From: Candidatus Uhrbacteria bacterium
GTDB taxonomy: Bacteria > Patescibacteriota > Patescibacteriia > UBA9934
DNA length: 64,000 nt
Assembly: GCA_018664485.1 (NCBI GenBank)
Contig: JABJOE010000005.1
Location: 15,581-79,580, forward strand
Direction: 5' to 3'
In this document: in pieces, positions 29,524-40,028 of the stretch
Layout: each line of letters begins with the position of its first letter
Position numbering within the stretch: position 1 is the stretch's first letter
The notes under the pieces: model-generated
Told to the model about the DNA's origin: nothing
The model's database searches: none
What the model saw: the letters and a program-made list of their open reading frames with translations, nothing else
Position numbers and translations under genes: made by a program

Positions 29524-29870
29524 AGATTTTTTTGTTTATTTTGCGTAGTTGTGTGGATAAAAAGTATAGAAGAGCATCGATTTGATATACAATGTAGGCC
29601 ATAAGGGTAGTACGTATTGTTATGTTTATTTTCAATATGTCTATCTATTTACCTACCTATTTGTTTATGTACCGAGTGATACTAACGAAGTCACAAGTTA
29701 CCTCAGTTCTCATTAATTATCAGTCCAGAGCAATCTTGTATAAAACGAAACGTTTTTAAACTCATGATAGGACGACACTAAAGGTACACACACGGTAGAG
29801 GTAAAATACTTTGTAAAATTAATAAGCATGTCTGCGCCACTCGCTGGCAACGGCAGCAGTTCAAAAAAAT

Positions 29871-32800
29871 ATGACTCATAAATTAAAACAAAATTTCTTC
29901 CGTATTCTACCGATTTGGGTAGCGGGATGTTTGATTCTTTCAACGGCACTTATGTTCTGGGGAGGAATTAGTACACAAGACGCGAGTGCCGCAGCCCTCG
30001 GATCACCAAATGTAGAGCCTGCAACATTGGTTGCTGGTGCGACTGGAACAGCAACAATCACATTTACGACAACGACGACTATTCCAGCTGACGGAAAAAT
30101 TAAAGTTACCTTCCCGTCTGGATTTGACGTTACAGGTGCTACTGCTGGAGCGTGTCCTTCTATGGACGGTAACTTCGCTACCGCGATTGACGGTCAAGAG
30201 GTTACTCTTACTCGATCAACTGGAAACCCTGAAACGGCAAATGTAGAGTCGTGTACTATCGATGGAATTGTTAACCCACTCTATGCTGGGTCGACAGGAG
30301 TATACGGAATCGAAACTACTAACGGATCAGATGTGCAGGCTGATGTTGACGCGGCAGTTTCCGCTGACACTATCGTCGCAACTGATGCTGCTGCGACTAT
30401 CGTAGTTGCTGCTCCAACAGTTGGTGCTGCTGGCGACGTAACTGTTACATTGACACCGAACCTTGCAACGGACGCAGATGATACGCTAGACATTACTTTC
30501 CCTGCTTTCATGAATGTATCAAGCGTAGCCTCTGCGGTTACTGGTACTTTGGAAAACGGTGGAGAGATTACTTGTGCAGATGCTGGATCACAGGTCGTTA
30601 CCTGTACAGTTATCTCAGGAACTCCGCTCACAGCGAGTTCTACGATCATCATGACTGGAATTACTTCCTATTATGTAGGATCAACCGACGTGACTCTTCT
30701 GGAAATTGAAGACGAAGGAGTCGCTGCAAACGATATTGCAACAGATACGTCTGTCGCTATGACGGACATCACGGCCGCAGATGCTGCAGCGAGCGTGGCT
30801 CTCGGAGCTGCAACTGTTGGTGCTACTGGCGATGTTACCCTTACATTGACTTCAACTGTTCAGTTGGACGCAGATGACACAATTGACGTTACTTTCCCCG
30901 CGTACATGAATGTATCAAGTGTAGCCTCTGCGGTTACTGGTACATTTGAGAACGGAGGTGAGATTACTTGTGCAGACGCTGGATCACAGGTTGTTACCTG
31001 TACTGTTATCTCAGGAGCTCCACTACTATCAAGTGGAACAATCGTTATGACAGGAATCACTTCCTACTATGTGGGAACTACAGATATTACCTCTCTGGAA
31101 ATTGAAGACGAAGGATCTGCTTCAAACGACATTGCAACAGATACTTCCACAGCTCTTACAGACATTACTGCAGCCGATGCTGCTGCGACTATCGTAGTTG
31201 CCACTCCAACAGTTGGTGGAGTAGGTACAGTAACGGTTACCTTGACTCCAACTGTTCAGTTGGATGCAGATGACACATTGGACATTACTTTCCCTGCTTT
31301 CATCGATGTATCAAGCGTAGCCTCTGCGGTTACCGGTACTTTGGAGAACGGTGGTGAGATTACTTGTGCAGATGCTGGATCACAGGTTGTGACTTGTACA
31401 GTTATCTCAGGATCTCCACTATTATCGAGTGGAACGATCATCATGACTGGAATTTCATCTCTATATATAGGGTCAACGGACGTCACAGTGTTGGAGATTG
31501 AAGATGAAGGAGCTTCCGCAAACGATATTGCGACAGATACTTCCACAGCTCTTACAGACATTACTGCAGCCGATGCTGCTGCGACTATCGTAGTTGCTGC
31601 TCCAACAGTTGGTGGAGTTGGTGACGTAACTGTTACATTGACAACGACTGTTGCGACGGATGCAGACGACACATTGGACATTACTTTCCCAGCTTTCATG
31701 GACATATCAAGCGTAGCCTCTGCGGTTACCGGTACTTTGGAGAACGGAGGTGAGATTACTTGTGTAGATGCTGGATCACAGGTTGTTACTTGTACAGTTA
31801 TCTCAGGATCTCCACTATTATCGAGTGGAACGATCATCATGACAGGAATCACTTCCGACTATGCAGGATCAACTAATGTTACAACTTTTGCAGTTGAAGA
31901 TGAAGGTGTCGGTGCAAACGATATTGCTGCAGACAGTGATGTAGCTTTGACAGATATTACGGCAGCAGACGCTGCTGCAAGTATCGTTGTTGCTACTCCA
32001 ACAGTTGGTGGAGTAGGTACAGTGACTGTTACTTTGACCACTACTGTTGCTACAGACGCGGACGACACATTGGACATTGCTTTCCCAGCTTTCATGGACA
32101 TATCAAGCGTAGCCTCTGCGGTTACTGGTACATTTGAGAACTCTGGAGAGATTACTTGTGCAGATGCTGGATCACAGGTCGTTACCTGTACAGTTATCTC
32201 AGGATCTCCACTACTTACAAGTTCTACGATCATCATGACAGGAATCACTTCCGACTATGTAGGATCAACTAATGTTACAGCTTTCGCAGTTGAAGATGAA
32301 GGTGTCGGTGCAAATGACATTGCTGCAGACAGTGATGTAGCTTTGACAGATATTACTGCAGCAGACGCTGCTGCGACCGTAGTCGTTGCAACTCCAACCG
32401 TTGGTGGTGTAGGTACCGTAACCGTTACCTTGACTACAACTGTTGCATTGGACGCGGATGATACGATCGACATCACATTCCCTAACCAAATGGACGTTGG
32501 AGCAGTTGCATCAGCTGTTACTGGTACTTTGGAGAATGGAGGTGAGATTACTTGTGCAGATTCCGCTCAGGTTGTGACTTGTACTGTTATCTCAGGATCT
32601 CCACTACTAACAAGTGCCACGATCATCATGACGGGAATTACTTCTTACAATGCTGGGTCAACAGACATTACTACCTTCGAAATTGAGGACGAAGGGGTGG
32701 CTGCAAATGACATTGCAACTGATAGTGCTGTAGCATTGACAGACATCACTGCGGCGGCATTGACATCAACAAACGTGCAGCCATCAACGACGATCGTTGG

Positions 32801-33995
32801 TCAAACACAAACAAATACAATTAGTTTTACAACAGTGTCAACTATTGTTGCTACTGGAAAGATTGTTATAACGTATCCGGCAGGATTCGACGTATCTGGA
32901 GCAGTTTCTGGAACATGTAGTTCAATGGATGGTTCATTCGCTACGGCGGTTGCAAGTCAGGTTGTGACAATCACTAGAAGCGGAGGTGGGTCGCAGACGG
33001 GTGCTGCTGAAACATGTACAGTTGCCGGAATCGTTAACCCAACAGTGGCTGGATCGGCAGGTACGTATACGATTACAACGACTACAGCGAGTGACGTTGA
33101 GCTTGATACTGATGCGGCCGTAGCGGCGGACACTTTCCAGGCTGCTTCATCCGGAGGAGGCGGAGGAGGTGGAGGATCTTCATCAAGTAGTTCAGATGAC
33201 GACGAAGATGAAGACGAGGATGCTGTAGAGGTAGAAGAAGGCGATGACTCTACAACGTCTTACGAGGTTGGAACTCCAACAGCATTGAGCGTCGGAGACG
33301 CTGAGCATACAGTTACTGTTATCGAAGCAACAGAAGATGAATGTACTCTAACGGTTGAGTCTGACCCAGTTACAGTCACTGTGCAGACTGGTGAGTCAGA
33401 AGACATCGACACAGATGGAGACGGAATCGATGATCTACGAGTTACATATGACGGATTAGACGACGAAGGAGACGCTGAGCTTACATTCACAGAGCTAGAA
33501 GTTTCTCTGGAGTGCGAGATGCCAAGCGGTGACGACATTACAACCGTAGAAGCTGGAGACTTCATTAAGAGCGATAGTTTCTCAGCAGTTTACTATGTGA
33601 CATCTGACTGTGGACGACGAGTCTTCATGGACGAAAAGACTTACTTCACATGGCAGGATGATTACGACAATCTAGTAGAAGTAACAGATGAAACACTTTC
33701 TGAACTTTCACTTGATGGAGTAATGCTTCCAAAGGCAGGTACTGTTCTTGTAAAGATTCAGTCTGATCCGAAGGTTTATGCCCTAGGAGCTGGATCAACT
33801 TACAGCCCTGACTTGCAGTGGGTAAGTGACGAAGATGTTGCAATTGATCTCTTCGGAGATGATTGGGCAGACTACGTGATCGACATTGAGCCAACATTCT
33901 TCAACAAGTTTGGAGTAGGTGACGACATCGAAAGTGCAGAAGACTTCGATGCAGACATCGACGATATGAAGAAACGAGTTGACCTCGCAAGCTAG
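29871..33995 (+). CDS. Large secreted surface protein (S-layer/adhesin-like) with six tandem 132-aa repeats
   Basis: Signal peptide, Thr/Ala/Val/Asp-rich beta-type repeats with a Cys pair, Gly/Ser/acidic linker, distinct C-terminal domain. Confidence 0.9.
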   Translation: MTHKLKQNFFRILPIWVAGCLILSTALMFWGGISTQDASAAALGSPNVEPATLVAGATGTATITFTTTTTIPADGKIKVTFPSGFDVTGATAGACPSMDGNFATAIDGQEVTLTRSTGNPETANVESCTIDGIVNPLYAGSTGVYGIETTNGSDVQADVDAAVSADTIVATDAAATIVVAAPTVGAAGDVTVTLTPNLATDADDTLDITFPAFMNVSSVASAVTGTLENGGEITCADAGSQVVTCTVISGTPLTASSTIIMTGITSYYVGSTDVTLLEIEDEGVAANDIATDTSVAMTDITAADAAASVALGAATVGATGDVTLTLTSTVQLDADDTIDVTFPAYMNVSSVASAVTGTFENGGEITCADAGSQVVTCTVISGAPLLSSGTIVMTGITSYYVGTTDITSLEIEDEGSASNDIATDTSTALTDITAADAAATIVVATPTVGGVGTVTVTLTPTVQLDADDTLDITFPAFIDVSSVASAVTGTLENGGEITCADAGSQVVTCTVISGSPLLSSGTIIMTGISSLYIGSTDVTVLEIEDEGASANDIATDTSTALTDITAADAAATIVVAAPTVGGVGDVTVTLTTTVATDADDTLDITFPAFMDISSVASAVTGTLENGGEITCVDAGSQVVTCTVISGSPLLSSGTIIMTGITSDYAGSTNVTTFAVEDEGVGANDIAADSDVALTDITAADAAASIVVATPTVGGVGTVTVTLTTTVATDADDTLDIAFPAFMDISSVASAVTGTFENSGEITCADAGSQVVTCTVISGSPLLTSSTIIMTGITSDYVGSTNVTAFAVEDEGVGANDIAADSDVALTDITAADAAATVVVATPTVGGVGTVTVTLTTTVALDADDTIDITFPNQMDVGAVASAVTGTLENGGEITCADSAQVVTCTVISGSPLLTSATIIMTGITSYNAGSTDITTFEIEDEGVAANDIATDSAVALTDITAAALTSTNVQPSTTIVGQTQTNTISFTTVSTIVATGKIVITYPAGFDVSGAVSGTCSSMDGSFATAVASQVVTITRSGGGSQTGAAETCTVAGIVNPTVAGSAGTYTITTTTASDVELDTDAAVAADTFQAASSGGGGGGGGSSSSSSDDDEDEDEDAVEVEEGDDSTTSYEVGTPTALSVGDAEHTVTVIEATEDECTLTVESDPVTVTVQTGESEDIDTDGDGIDDLRVTYDGLDDEGDAELTFTELEVSLECEMPSGDDITTVEAGDFIKSDSFSAVYYVTSDCGRRVFMDEKTYFTWQDDYDNLVEVTDETLSELSLDGVMLPKAGTVLVKIQSDPKVYALGAGSTYSPDLQWVSDEDVAIDLFGDDWADYVIDIEPTFFNKFGVGDDIESAEDFDADIDDMKKRVDLAS
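30384..32756 (+). repeat. Six intragenic tandem repeats, 396-bp period
   Basis: DAAA-encoding unit starts at ~30384, 30780, 31176, 31572, 31968, 32364. Confidence 0.9.
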
Positions 33996-34074
33996 AATAT
34001 AAAAATCACCTCCGGCGAAAGCTGGGGGTGTTTTTGTTTGCGAAATAGTTTAATTCTCGTGCTATACTGTTTGC

Positions 34075-35199
34075 ATGTTTGAACTGAAAAATACAACAGG
34101 GCGTGCTCGTAGTGGAGTGGTTCGTACCGCACATGGCAGCATGCAGACACCGTTTTTCATGCCTATAGCGACAAAGGGGGCTGTGAAGACTTTGGCGGCG
34201 TCTGAGGTGCAAGATTTGGGTGCACAAATTATTCTATCCAACACATATCATCTTTTATTGCGACCTGGGTCAGATGGTATGAAGAAGTTGGGTGGCCTAC
34301 ATAAGCTGATGCATTGGGATGGGCCGATTTTGACCGACAGTGGTGGCTACCAGGTATTCAGTCTTTCAAAGCTCAACAAAACAACTGAAGACGGTGTTTC
34401 GTTTCAGTCGCATATTGATGGCACAAAAATAACCCTCACACCCGAGGGTTCTATGGCTATGCAGTCGGTAATTGGGGCTGACATTATTATGCAGTTCGAT
34501 GACGTTGCAGCCGGAGACTCCACGCGCAAGCGTTATAAAGAGGCGATGGAGCTTTCACTACGTTGGGCACAGCGATGTAAAGATAGTTACGATGAAAAGC
34601 AGCAGTTGTTTGCAATTGTTCAGGGTGGTACTCACGAAGACCTACGTGAAGAATCAGCGAAAGGACTAATCAAAATTGGTTTTGACGGATATGCAATTGG
34701 TGGACTTTCCGTTGGAGAAAGTCGAGATGATGCTTTTCGTATTGCGAAGAGAGTTTGTGAAATCCTGCCAGCTGACAAACCTCGCTACTTCATGGGTGGT
34801 GGTATGCCCGAGGAGATTGTCTACTACGTAAGTATTGGTGTGGATATGTTTGACTGCGTGTTACCAACGCGCAATGCAAGACATGGAACATTATTTTTGT
34901 GGAAGCAGGATCCGAAAGAGGCGGTACGTGAAGCGTTGATGTTAGCGCAAGATGGAGCTGCAGACACTCGTATTGCAGAGGCTCTTTACCAAAAAATTCA
35001 GATAACACGATCAACTTTCGAGTTTGATCAGTCCCCAATTGATAAGCTTAACGATACGGTTTCGACTTCATCTACATACACCAAAGCGTATCTCAGACAT
35101 CTTCTTAAAACTGACGAGATGCTTGGGTACAGACTTGCCACACAACAAAACCTTGGTTTTTATTTCCGACTAATGAAAGAGCTGCGATCTCTGTTATAA
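34075..35199 (+). CDS. tgt: tRNA-guanine(34) transglycosylase
   Basis: TPFFMP, NTYHL, TDSGGYQVFSL, IVQGG, GGLSVGE, DMFDCVLPTRNAR. Confidence 0.96.
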   Translation: MFELKNTTGRARSGVVRTAHGSMQTPFFMPIATKGAVKTLAASEVQDLGAQIILSNTYHLLLRPGSDGMKKLGGLHKLMHWDGPILTDSGGYQVFSLSKLNKTTEDGVSFQSHIDGTKITLTPEGSMAMQSVIGADIIMQFDDVAAGDSTRKRYKEAMELSLRWAQRCKDSYDEKQQLFAIVQGGTHEDLREESAKGLIKIGFDGYAIGGLSVGESRDDAFRIAKRVCEILPADKPRYFMGGGMPEEIVYYVSIGVDMFDCVLPTRNARHGTLFLWKQDPKEAVREALMLAQDGAADTRIAEALYQKIQITRSTFEFDQSPIDKLNDTVSTSSTYTKAYLRHLLKTDEMLGYRLATQQNLGFYFRLMKELRSLL

Positions 35200-35206
35200 T
35201 AGATTC

Positions 35207-35578
35207 ATGTCTACCTTTGTTTTAGGTCTACGATATTTTTTCATTGATTTAGTTGGCGGTGTTATTCGCTGGCCTGTTTGGTGGTATACCAAGGGGCTGG
35301 CTTTTATGGTGCAAATGGCTATCGGTACTTTGAGTGGGTACTCGCGAACGCTTGCTATTCGAGTGTGGGTGAAGAATATCTTTGTGCCGATGTTTGGAAT
35401 GTATGATTGGCAGAGTAGGATCATTAGTTTCTTCATGCGTGTTGCGCAAATTATCGGACGTTCCATCGCAATGTTGGTTATGTTTATTTTGGCAATCGTA
35501 GCGCTTGCATTATATGTTGTAATTTTGCCAATTACGGTTGGGCTGGTTGTTTATAATTTTACCGGTGCGTTAATTTAG
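35207..35578 (+). CDS. Hypothetical membrane protein coupled to the Clp ATPase gene
   Basis: Hydrophobic 123 aa, PVWWY motif, 21 nt before the next gene. Confidence 0.8.
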   Translation: MSTFVLGLRYFFIDLVGGVIRWPVWWYTKGLAFMVQMAIGTLSGYSRTLAIRVWVKNIFVPMFGMYDWQSRIISFFMRVAQIIGRSIAMLVMFILAIVALALYVVILPITVGLVVYNFTGALI

Positions 35579-35599
35579 GGTGCGCCAAATATTTCTTAA

Positions 35600-38284
35600 A
35601 TGTCTAACTTGATAGGACAACTCGACGCAATACCTCCACAGAATGCTTCGGTTATTGAACCGGAGTCTCAGGATGGATACGCGGGGCTTGTGATAGAAGG
35701 GAAGTTTTGGCATTGGGATGAACCGATGTCTGAACCTGCCATTGCACTTCGTAAAATTCGCGATAAGGTTCAAAAGGCTATCAATGTTGCTGTAGCGGCG
35801 TTGGCTCTGGGGGCTGTGGCTTTGTTTGCGCTGATCCTCACATTTACAGAAGATAAAGCAGAAGCTATCACTCTTGAATATTGGGTTTCGCCTAATTTTG
35901 CATCGTTTGCGGTGTGGTCGGTTTTACTTTGTGTTCTTTTCCTTTTTTACCGTGTACAAGACAAGAAGTTGCGCGTGAAAACTATTCCAGAGCACAAAAA
36001 AGGGCCGGTATCGGAAGTACAGATGATTCCATCACTAGATGGCGTTGGTAAGAAGGAGAATATCGCAAACGTATTAACGGCAGACGCACGTGTATCGTTA
36101 GAAGAGGCGTATCAGCTTGCAAGGCAAAGTGGTCAAGCAGAGGTCGAAGCTATCCATATTTACTTAGGTTTACTTTCGAGCCCACCGGTGAGTCTGCTCT
36201 TTATGCGTCTGGGTGTGACGTTTGAGCAAATGAAAGGTGCATTGCGCCGTCGTTTAGCAACATTGCCAAAGGGTGATGCGAATTTCGGTTTGCCAGCACA
36301 TACTGTGGTCACAGAGGCTTTGCGTAATGCAGTTGAGCACGAGCGACCTCAGCTAAGTGCGATTGAACTATTTATTGAGTCATATAATGCTGATGAGTTT
36401 TTGCAGGAACTGATGTTCTCACTCGAGGTAGAAAAGCAGGAGTTGGAGAACGCTGTTATGTGGATTCGTATTAACGAGCAGTTGCAAGAGCGATACAAAG
36501 CATTCCGAGAAGCTGCGTCTTTCAAGCCGTCAAAGAACATGAACCGTTCTTATACCGCTGTAGCTACTCCGTTTTTAGATAAAGTTTCAAAAGATCTAAC
36601 TCGATCTGCCGTAATGGGTCGTTTGCCGATGTTGATTGGACGTGACCGGGAGATAACTGGAATCATGCGCGCAATTGAGGGTGGAAATAAGAGCGTTGTG
36701 CTTGTCGGGCCCCACGGTGTTGGAAAAGATGCCGTTGTTGCCGGAATTGCACAGCTGATGGTTGAGGAAAAAGTTCCAAAGATTCTGCAAGATAAGCGAT
36801 TAGTCAGTTTGTCGATCCCGCACATTGTAAGCGCGCAGGGTGGTGCAGGTGCTGAGGAGCGATTGCTATTTGCATTGCAAGAAATTGGCCGATCAGGAAA
36901 TATCGTTACAGTAATTGAAAACATCGATCAGATTGTTGGTTCGTCAGGTGGTGTGGATCTTTCATCTGTTCTGTCTTCGGAATTGGAGAAGGGTTATACA
37001 TTCGTTATTGGAACGTCGACTCCTCAAGGGTATACAGGTCTGATTGAGAAATCTATTTTAGGACAGCGTTTGGAAAAGATTATTATTGATGAACCTGAAC
37101 GCAATGATGCGATCATGGTTTTGGAGTCCAAGATTGGCGGCGTTGAGAATAAAAATAAAGTTGTTTTCACATATCCGTCAGTCGCGGCGTTGATTGATCT
37201 TTCAACTCGCTACATGCATGAGAGCTATTTGCCGGAGAAAGCGATTACTTTAGCGCAGGAGGTTGCAAACTCAGTTGCGAGGCGTGGAAAGGAATGGGCT
37301 CGTGTGATGCCGGAAGATGTAGCAGCTATTATTTCTGAAAAAACAAAGATTCCTATCACGCAGGTTGGGAAAGAAGAGGGTCAGAAGCTTTTGAACTTGG
37401 AAGACCGGATGCATGAGCGGATTATCGGTCAGGATGAGGCTGTGAAGGCCGTAGCGTCAGCCCTACGACGTGCGCGTGTTGAATTGCGCTCGAAGGATCG
37501 TCCTATTGCAAACTTCCTATTCCTTGGACCTACTGGTGTGGGTAAGACGGAGCTCGCAAAGACGACTGCGGAAGTGTATTTCGGGTCAGACACGAATATG
37601 CTTCGCTTTGATATGTCTGAGTACCAAGACAAGACGTCAATTGCCAGATTGATTGGTGCCGCAGGTGAGAGTGGACTTCTAACAGAAGCTGTTAGGCAGA
37701 ATCCGTTTGCTCTCCTATTGCTCGATGAGTTGGAAAAAGCTCATCCAGACATTCTAAACTTGTTCTTGCAGGTTATGGATGATGGTCGATTGACAGATGG
37801 CTCAGGGCGTACGATTGATTTTACAAATGTAATTTTGATTTCTACGTCTAATGCTGGAACACAATACATTCAAGATGCTGTGACGGAAGGTGTTGATGTA
37901 GTTGAGATGCGTGAGCATTTGATGAATAACGAATTGAAAAAGGTATATCGTCCTGAGTTCCTCAACCGTTTTGATGGTGTGATGGTCTTCAAGCCGTTGT
38001 CACAAGAAGATGTGGTTGCTATCGCATACTTGATGATCGATAAAGTTGGTAAGCGTTTGGAGGCTAAGGGAATTTCATTCCGTGCTTCAGATGAGGCGGT
38101 GCACGAGCTTGCTGTGAAGGGTTATGATCCTAAATTTGGTGCGCGTCCTTTGCGTCGTGTAATTCAAGACACGGTTGATAATTCTATTGCTGAGTTCTTG
38201 CTTCAAGGAAAGGTTGGTCGCCGCGATACTCTTGTACTCGCACCCGGTGGTGAGATTCAGGTTGAAAAAGCCGCCGAACTTTAG
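35600..38284 (+). CDS. ClpA/ClpC-family AAA+ ATPase with two N-terminal TM helices
   Basis: Clp N-domain-like region, D1 GPHGVGKD, D2 GPTGVGKT/LLDELEKAH, RPEFLNR, GARPLRR. Confidence 0.92.
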   Translation: MSNLIGQLDAIPPQNASVIEPESQDGYAGLVIEGKFWHWDEPMSEPAIALRKIRDKVQKAINVAVAALALGAVALFALILTFTEDKAEAITLEYWVSPNFASFAVWSVLLCVLFLFYRVQDKKLRVKTIPEHKKGPVSEVQMIPSLDGVGKKENIANVLTADARVSLEEAYQLARQSGQAEVEAIHIYLGLLSSPPVSLLFMRLGVTFEQMKGALRRRLATLPKGDANFGLPAHTVVTEALRNAVEHERPQLSAIELFIESYNADEFLQELMFSLEVEKQELENAVMWIRINEQLQERYKAFREAASFKPSKNMNRSYTAVATPFLDKVSKDLTRSAVMGRLPMLIGRDREITGIMRAIEGGNKSVVLVGPHGVGKDAVVAGIAQLMVEEKVPKILQDKRLVSLSIPHIVSAQGGAGAEERLLFALQEIGRSGNIVTVIENIDQIVGSSGGVDLSSVLSSELEKGYTFVIGTSTPQGYTGLIEKSILGQRLEKIIIDEPERNDAIMVLESKIGGVENKNKVVFTYPSVAALIDLSTRYMHESYLPEKAITLAQEVANSVARRGKEWARVMPEDVAAIISEKTKIPITQVGKEEGQKLLNLEDRMHERIIGQDEAVKAVASALRRARVELRSKDRPIANFLFLGPTGVGKTELAKTTAEVYFGSDTNMLRFDMSEYQDKTSIARLIGAAGESGLLTEAVRQNPFALLLLDELEKAHPDILNLFLQVMDDGRLTDGSGRTIDFTNVILISTSNAGTQYIQDAVTEGVDVVEMREHLMNNELKKVYRPEFLNRFDGVMVFKPLSQEDVVAIAYLMIDKVGKRLEAKGISFRASDEAVHELAVKGYDPKFGARPLRRVIQDTVDNSIAEFLLQGKVGRRDTLVLAPGGEIQVEKAAEL

Positions 38285-38360
38285 ATTTTACGAGATGCGC
38301 AGAACCCGCTTACCTCGAGGGGCAAGCGGGTTTCGGTTATCCGGATGTCGGCGCCGGATA

Positions 38361-38984
38361 TTAGGGTCTCGGTACTCTCATCGGAGAGGGCACCGGAATA
38401 TTAGATGTGACGAGGCAGAACTTTATATGGTCTGCGGCGCTCATGAGGATCATCATGTACAGGTCATGCCATGGATGATTGCGGTCCAAGATCAGAGCAG
38501 GAAAGAGCTTGTACAGATCCATGTCAGCATCTTTCCCGTGCTCAACGGTGTGAGCTATGATTACGGGTTTTACTGTCGGGTTGAAGGTGTCGACGTGTAT
38601 TAACCGCATGAGCATGTCGATGAGCTTCTTGTGTACGCTCTTCAGCCTTCCCCCGAGTGTACCAATCAAGGCTCTGAGCGTGTCCTGATCTCCACCTCGG
38701 GCAACGGTGAGTCCTGACTCGTCGATACTGAGGGTGTATTCTCCGGGCTTGAGTTTCGCATGTGGCAGAAGCGAATCTCTTGTAAAGTCGTGTAGGAACA
38801 TACTCTCCTCGCTGCACCCAGGAGCATTCATTTTCAGTTCTGCGGACTCATCGTCGCTGATTGTCACGGTGAGCGTGAGCACTACATGCTTCTCACTAGC
38901 TAGACCGTAGGCACGGCGCTCATTGTCATCCATGTACCGAAGGATACTCATCGGCAGATCTACGAAGGGGAAGAGGTTGGGCAT
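38361..38984 (-). CDS. Hypothetical orphan protein, paralog of 39181-39924
   Basis: TGGAG SD; promoter TTGATA(39048-39043)-17-TAATTT; motifs shared with the neighbour. Confidence 0.75.
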   Translation of the reverse strand: MPNLFPFVDLPMSILRYMDDNERRAYGLASEKHVVLTLTVTISDDESAELKMNAPGCSEESMFLHDFTRDSLLPHAKLKPGEYTLSIDESGLTVARGGDQDTLRALIGTLGGRLKSVHKKLIDMLMRLIHVDTFNPTVKPVIIAHTVEHGKDADMDLYKLFPALILDRNHPWHDLYMMILMSAADHIKFCLVTSNIPVPSPMRVPRP

Positions 38985-39180
38985 GATTTCTCCAGATGGA
39001 TTGTGGAAAGGACGAACGTAAATTAACGTACAGAGCAGTTATTATCAAAGCTTAGCGGATAAAATAGATTTTTAAAATAGCGAACCCCCTGAACGCAAGA
39101 CGTTCAGGGGGCGAGGCTGTGTTGACTCTACATTCGTAGAGTTGGCTACGTGCCAGCTCTTCTGAGCTCAGAGATCTAGG

Positions 39181-39924
39181 TCACTCGGTCGGTGTAAGCT
39201 CATCGCGGATCGCCGCGATGCGCGCGTCCATCGAAGCGAGGGTGCTGCCGATGACGGTGTCGCGGTGGGTGCTCAAAGCCTGTTGAGCCGCAGCGGTCAT
39301 GAGGGCCTTCTCCAACTCGTGCCAGGGATCTTTGTGGCTGCTCACCGTGTAGATGGCCAGTGGGCCCGACGAGCTCGGTACATCTCCCGAAATTCGGATG
39401 TCCAGGCCCATGTCGCGACTCGAGAGCTCGCGGATCATGTCAATCGCGATTCGACAGGGGCAAGCGGCATTGGGCTCTGGGATGGAGATGTCGGTACCGG
39501 AGGTCGCCATGCGGAGCACATGCTTCGCCAGGAGAACAATCATTGCCTCCTCGACGGATTCCCAGTGGATCATGGCGCCGAGCATGCCCTCGAGGTCGGT
39601 GAGGGGGGCATGGAGATCACGACGGACCGCTTGAAAGAGGCGCTCGGCCGTACGATCATCGGGACCCGACCTCTCGGTGCTCTCAAAGGTCTGGAATTGT
39701 AGGGTGTATGTTCCGGGTGTCAGGTCCTCCAGGTCGTTGATACTTCCCACAAGGGTTTCACGCCACATGTCACCGAGTCTGCCGGTGGGGTTGGGGCTCA
39801 TGGTGAGGGACGGGTCACCCTCGCCGATCTCGACGGCAAGCGTCATGACGGGCTCTTCGGGGTTGGTGAATCCGATATCTACAGTGAGTGGTCCGGGGGT
39901 AAGGGCAGCAAGAATGTGCTTCAC
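39181..39924 (-). CDS. Hypothetical orphan protein, paralog of 38361-38984
   Basis: GTG start; promoter TTGACA(39997-39992)-17-TAGGAT. Confidence 0.75.
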   Translation of the reverse strand: MKHILAALTPGPLTVDIGFTNPEEPVMTLAVEIGEGDPSLTMSPNPTGRLGDMWRETLVGSINDLEDLTPGTYTLQFQTFESTERSGPDDRTAERLFQAVRRDLHAPLTDLEGMLGAMIHWESVEEAMIVLLAKHVLRMATSGTDISIPEPNAACPCRIAIDMIRELSSRDMGLDIRISGDVPSSSGPLAIYTVSSHKDPWHELEKALMTAAAQQALSTHRDTVIGSTLASMDARIAAIRDELTPTE

Positions 39925-40028
39925 GGTGATCCAGGGTGTTTGTTGTTATGTTCGCGAGGAACGACGAAATCCTATAGTAAAATAAGGTTTTTGTCAATAC
40001 TCTTCAGCTGGGCTAAACTGTATCTATT

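Noticed and set aside
29552-29560. DnaA box (TGTGGATAA) as a possible oriC
   Set aside because: A single box with no cluster and no dnaA nearby.
30281-32476. Repeated antisense ORFs within the surface-protein gene
   Set aside because: Shadows of the repetitive sense-strand coding sequence.
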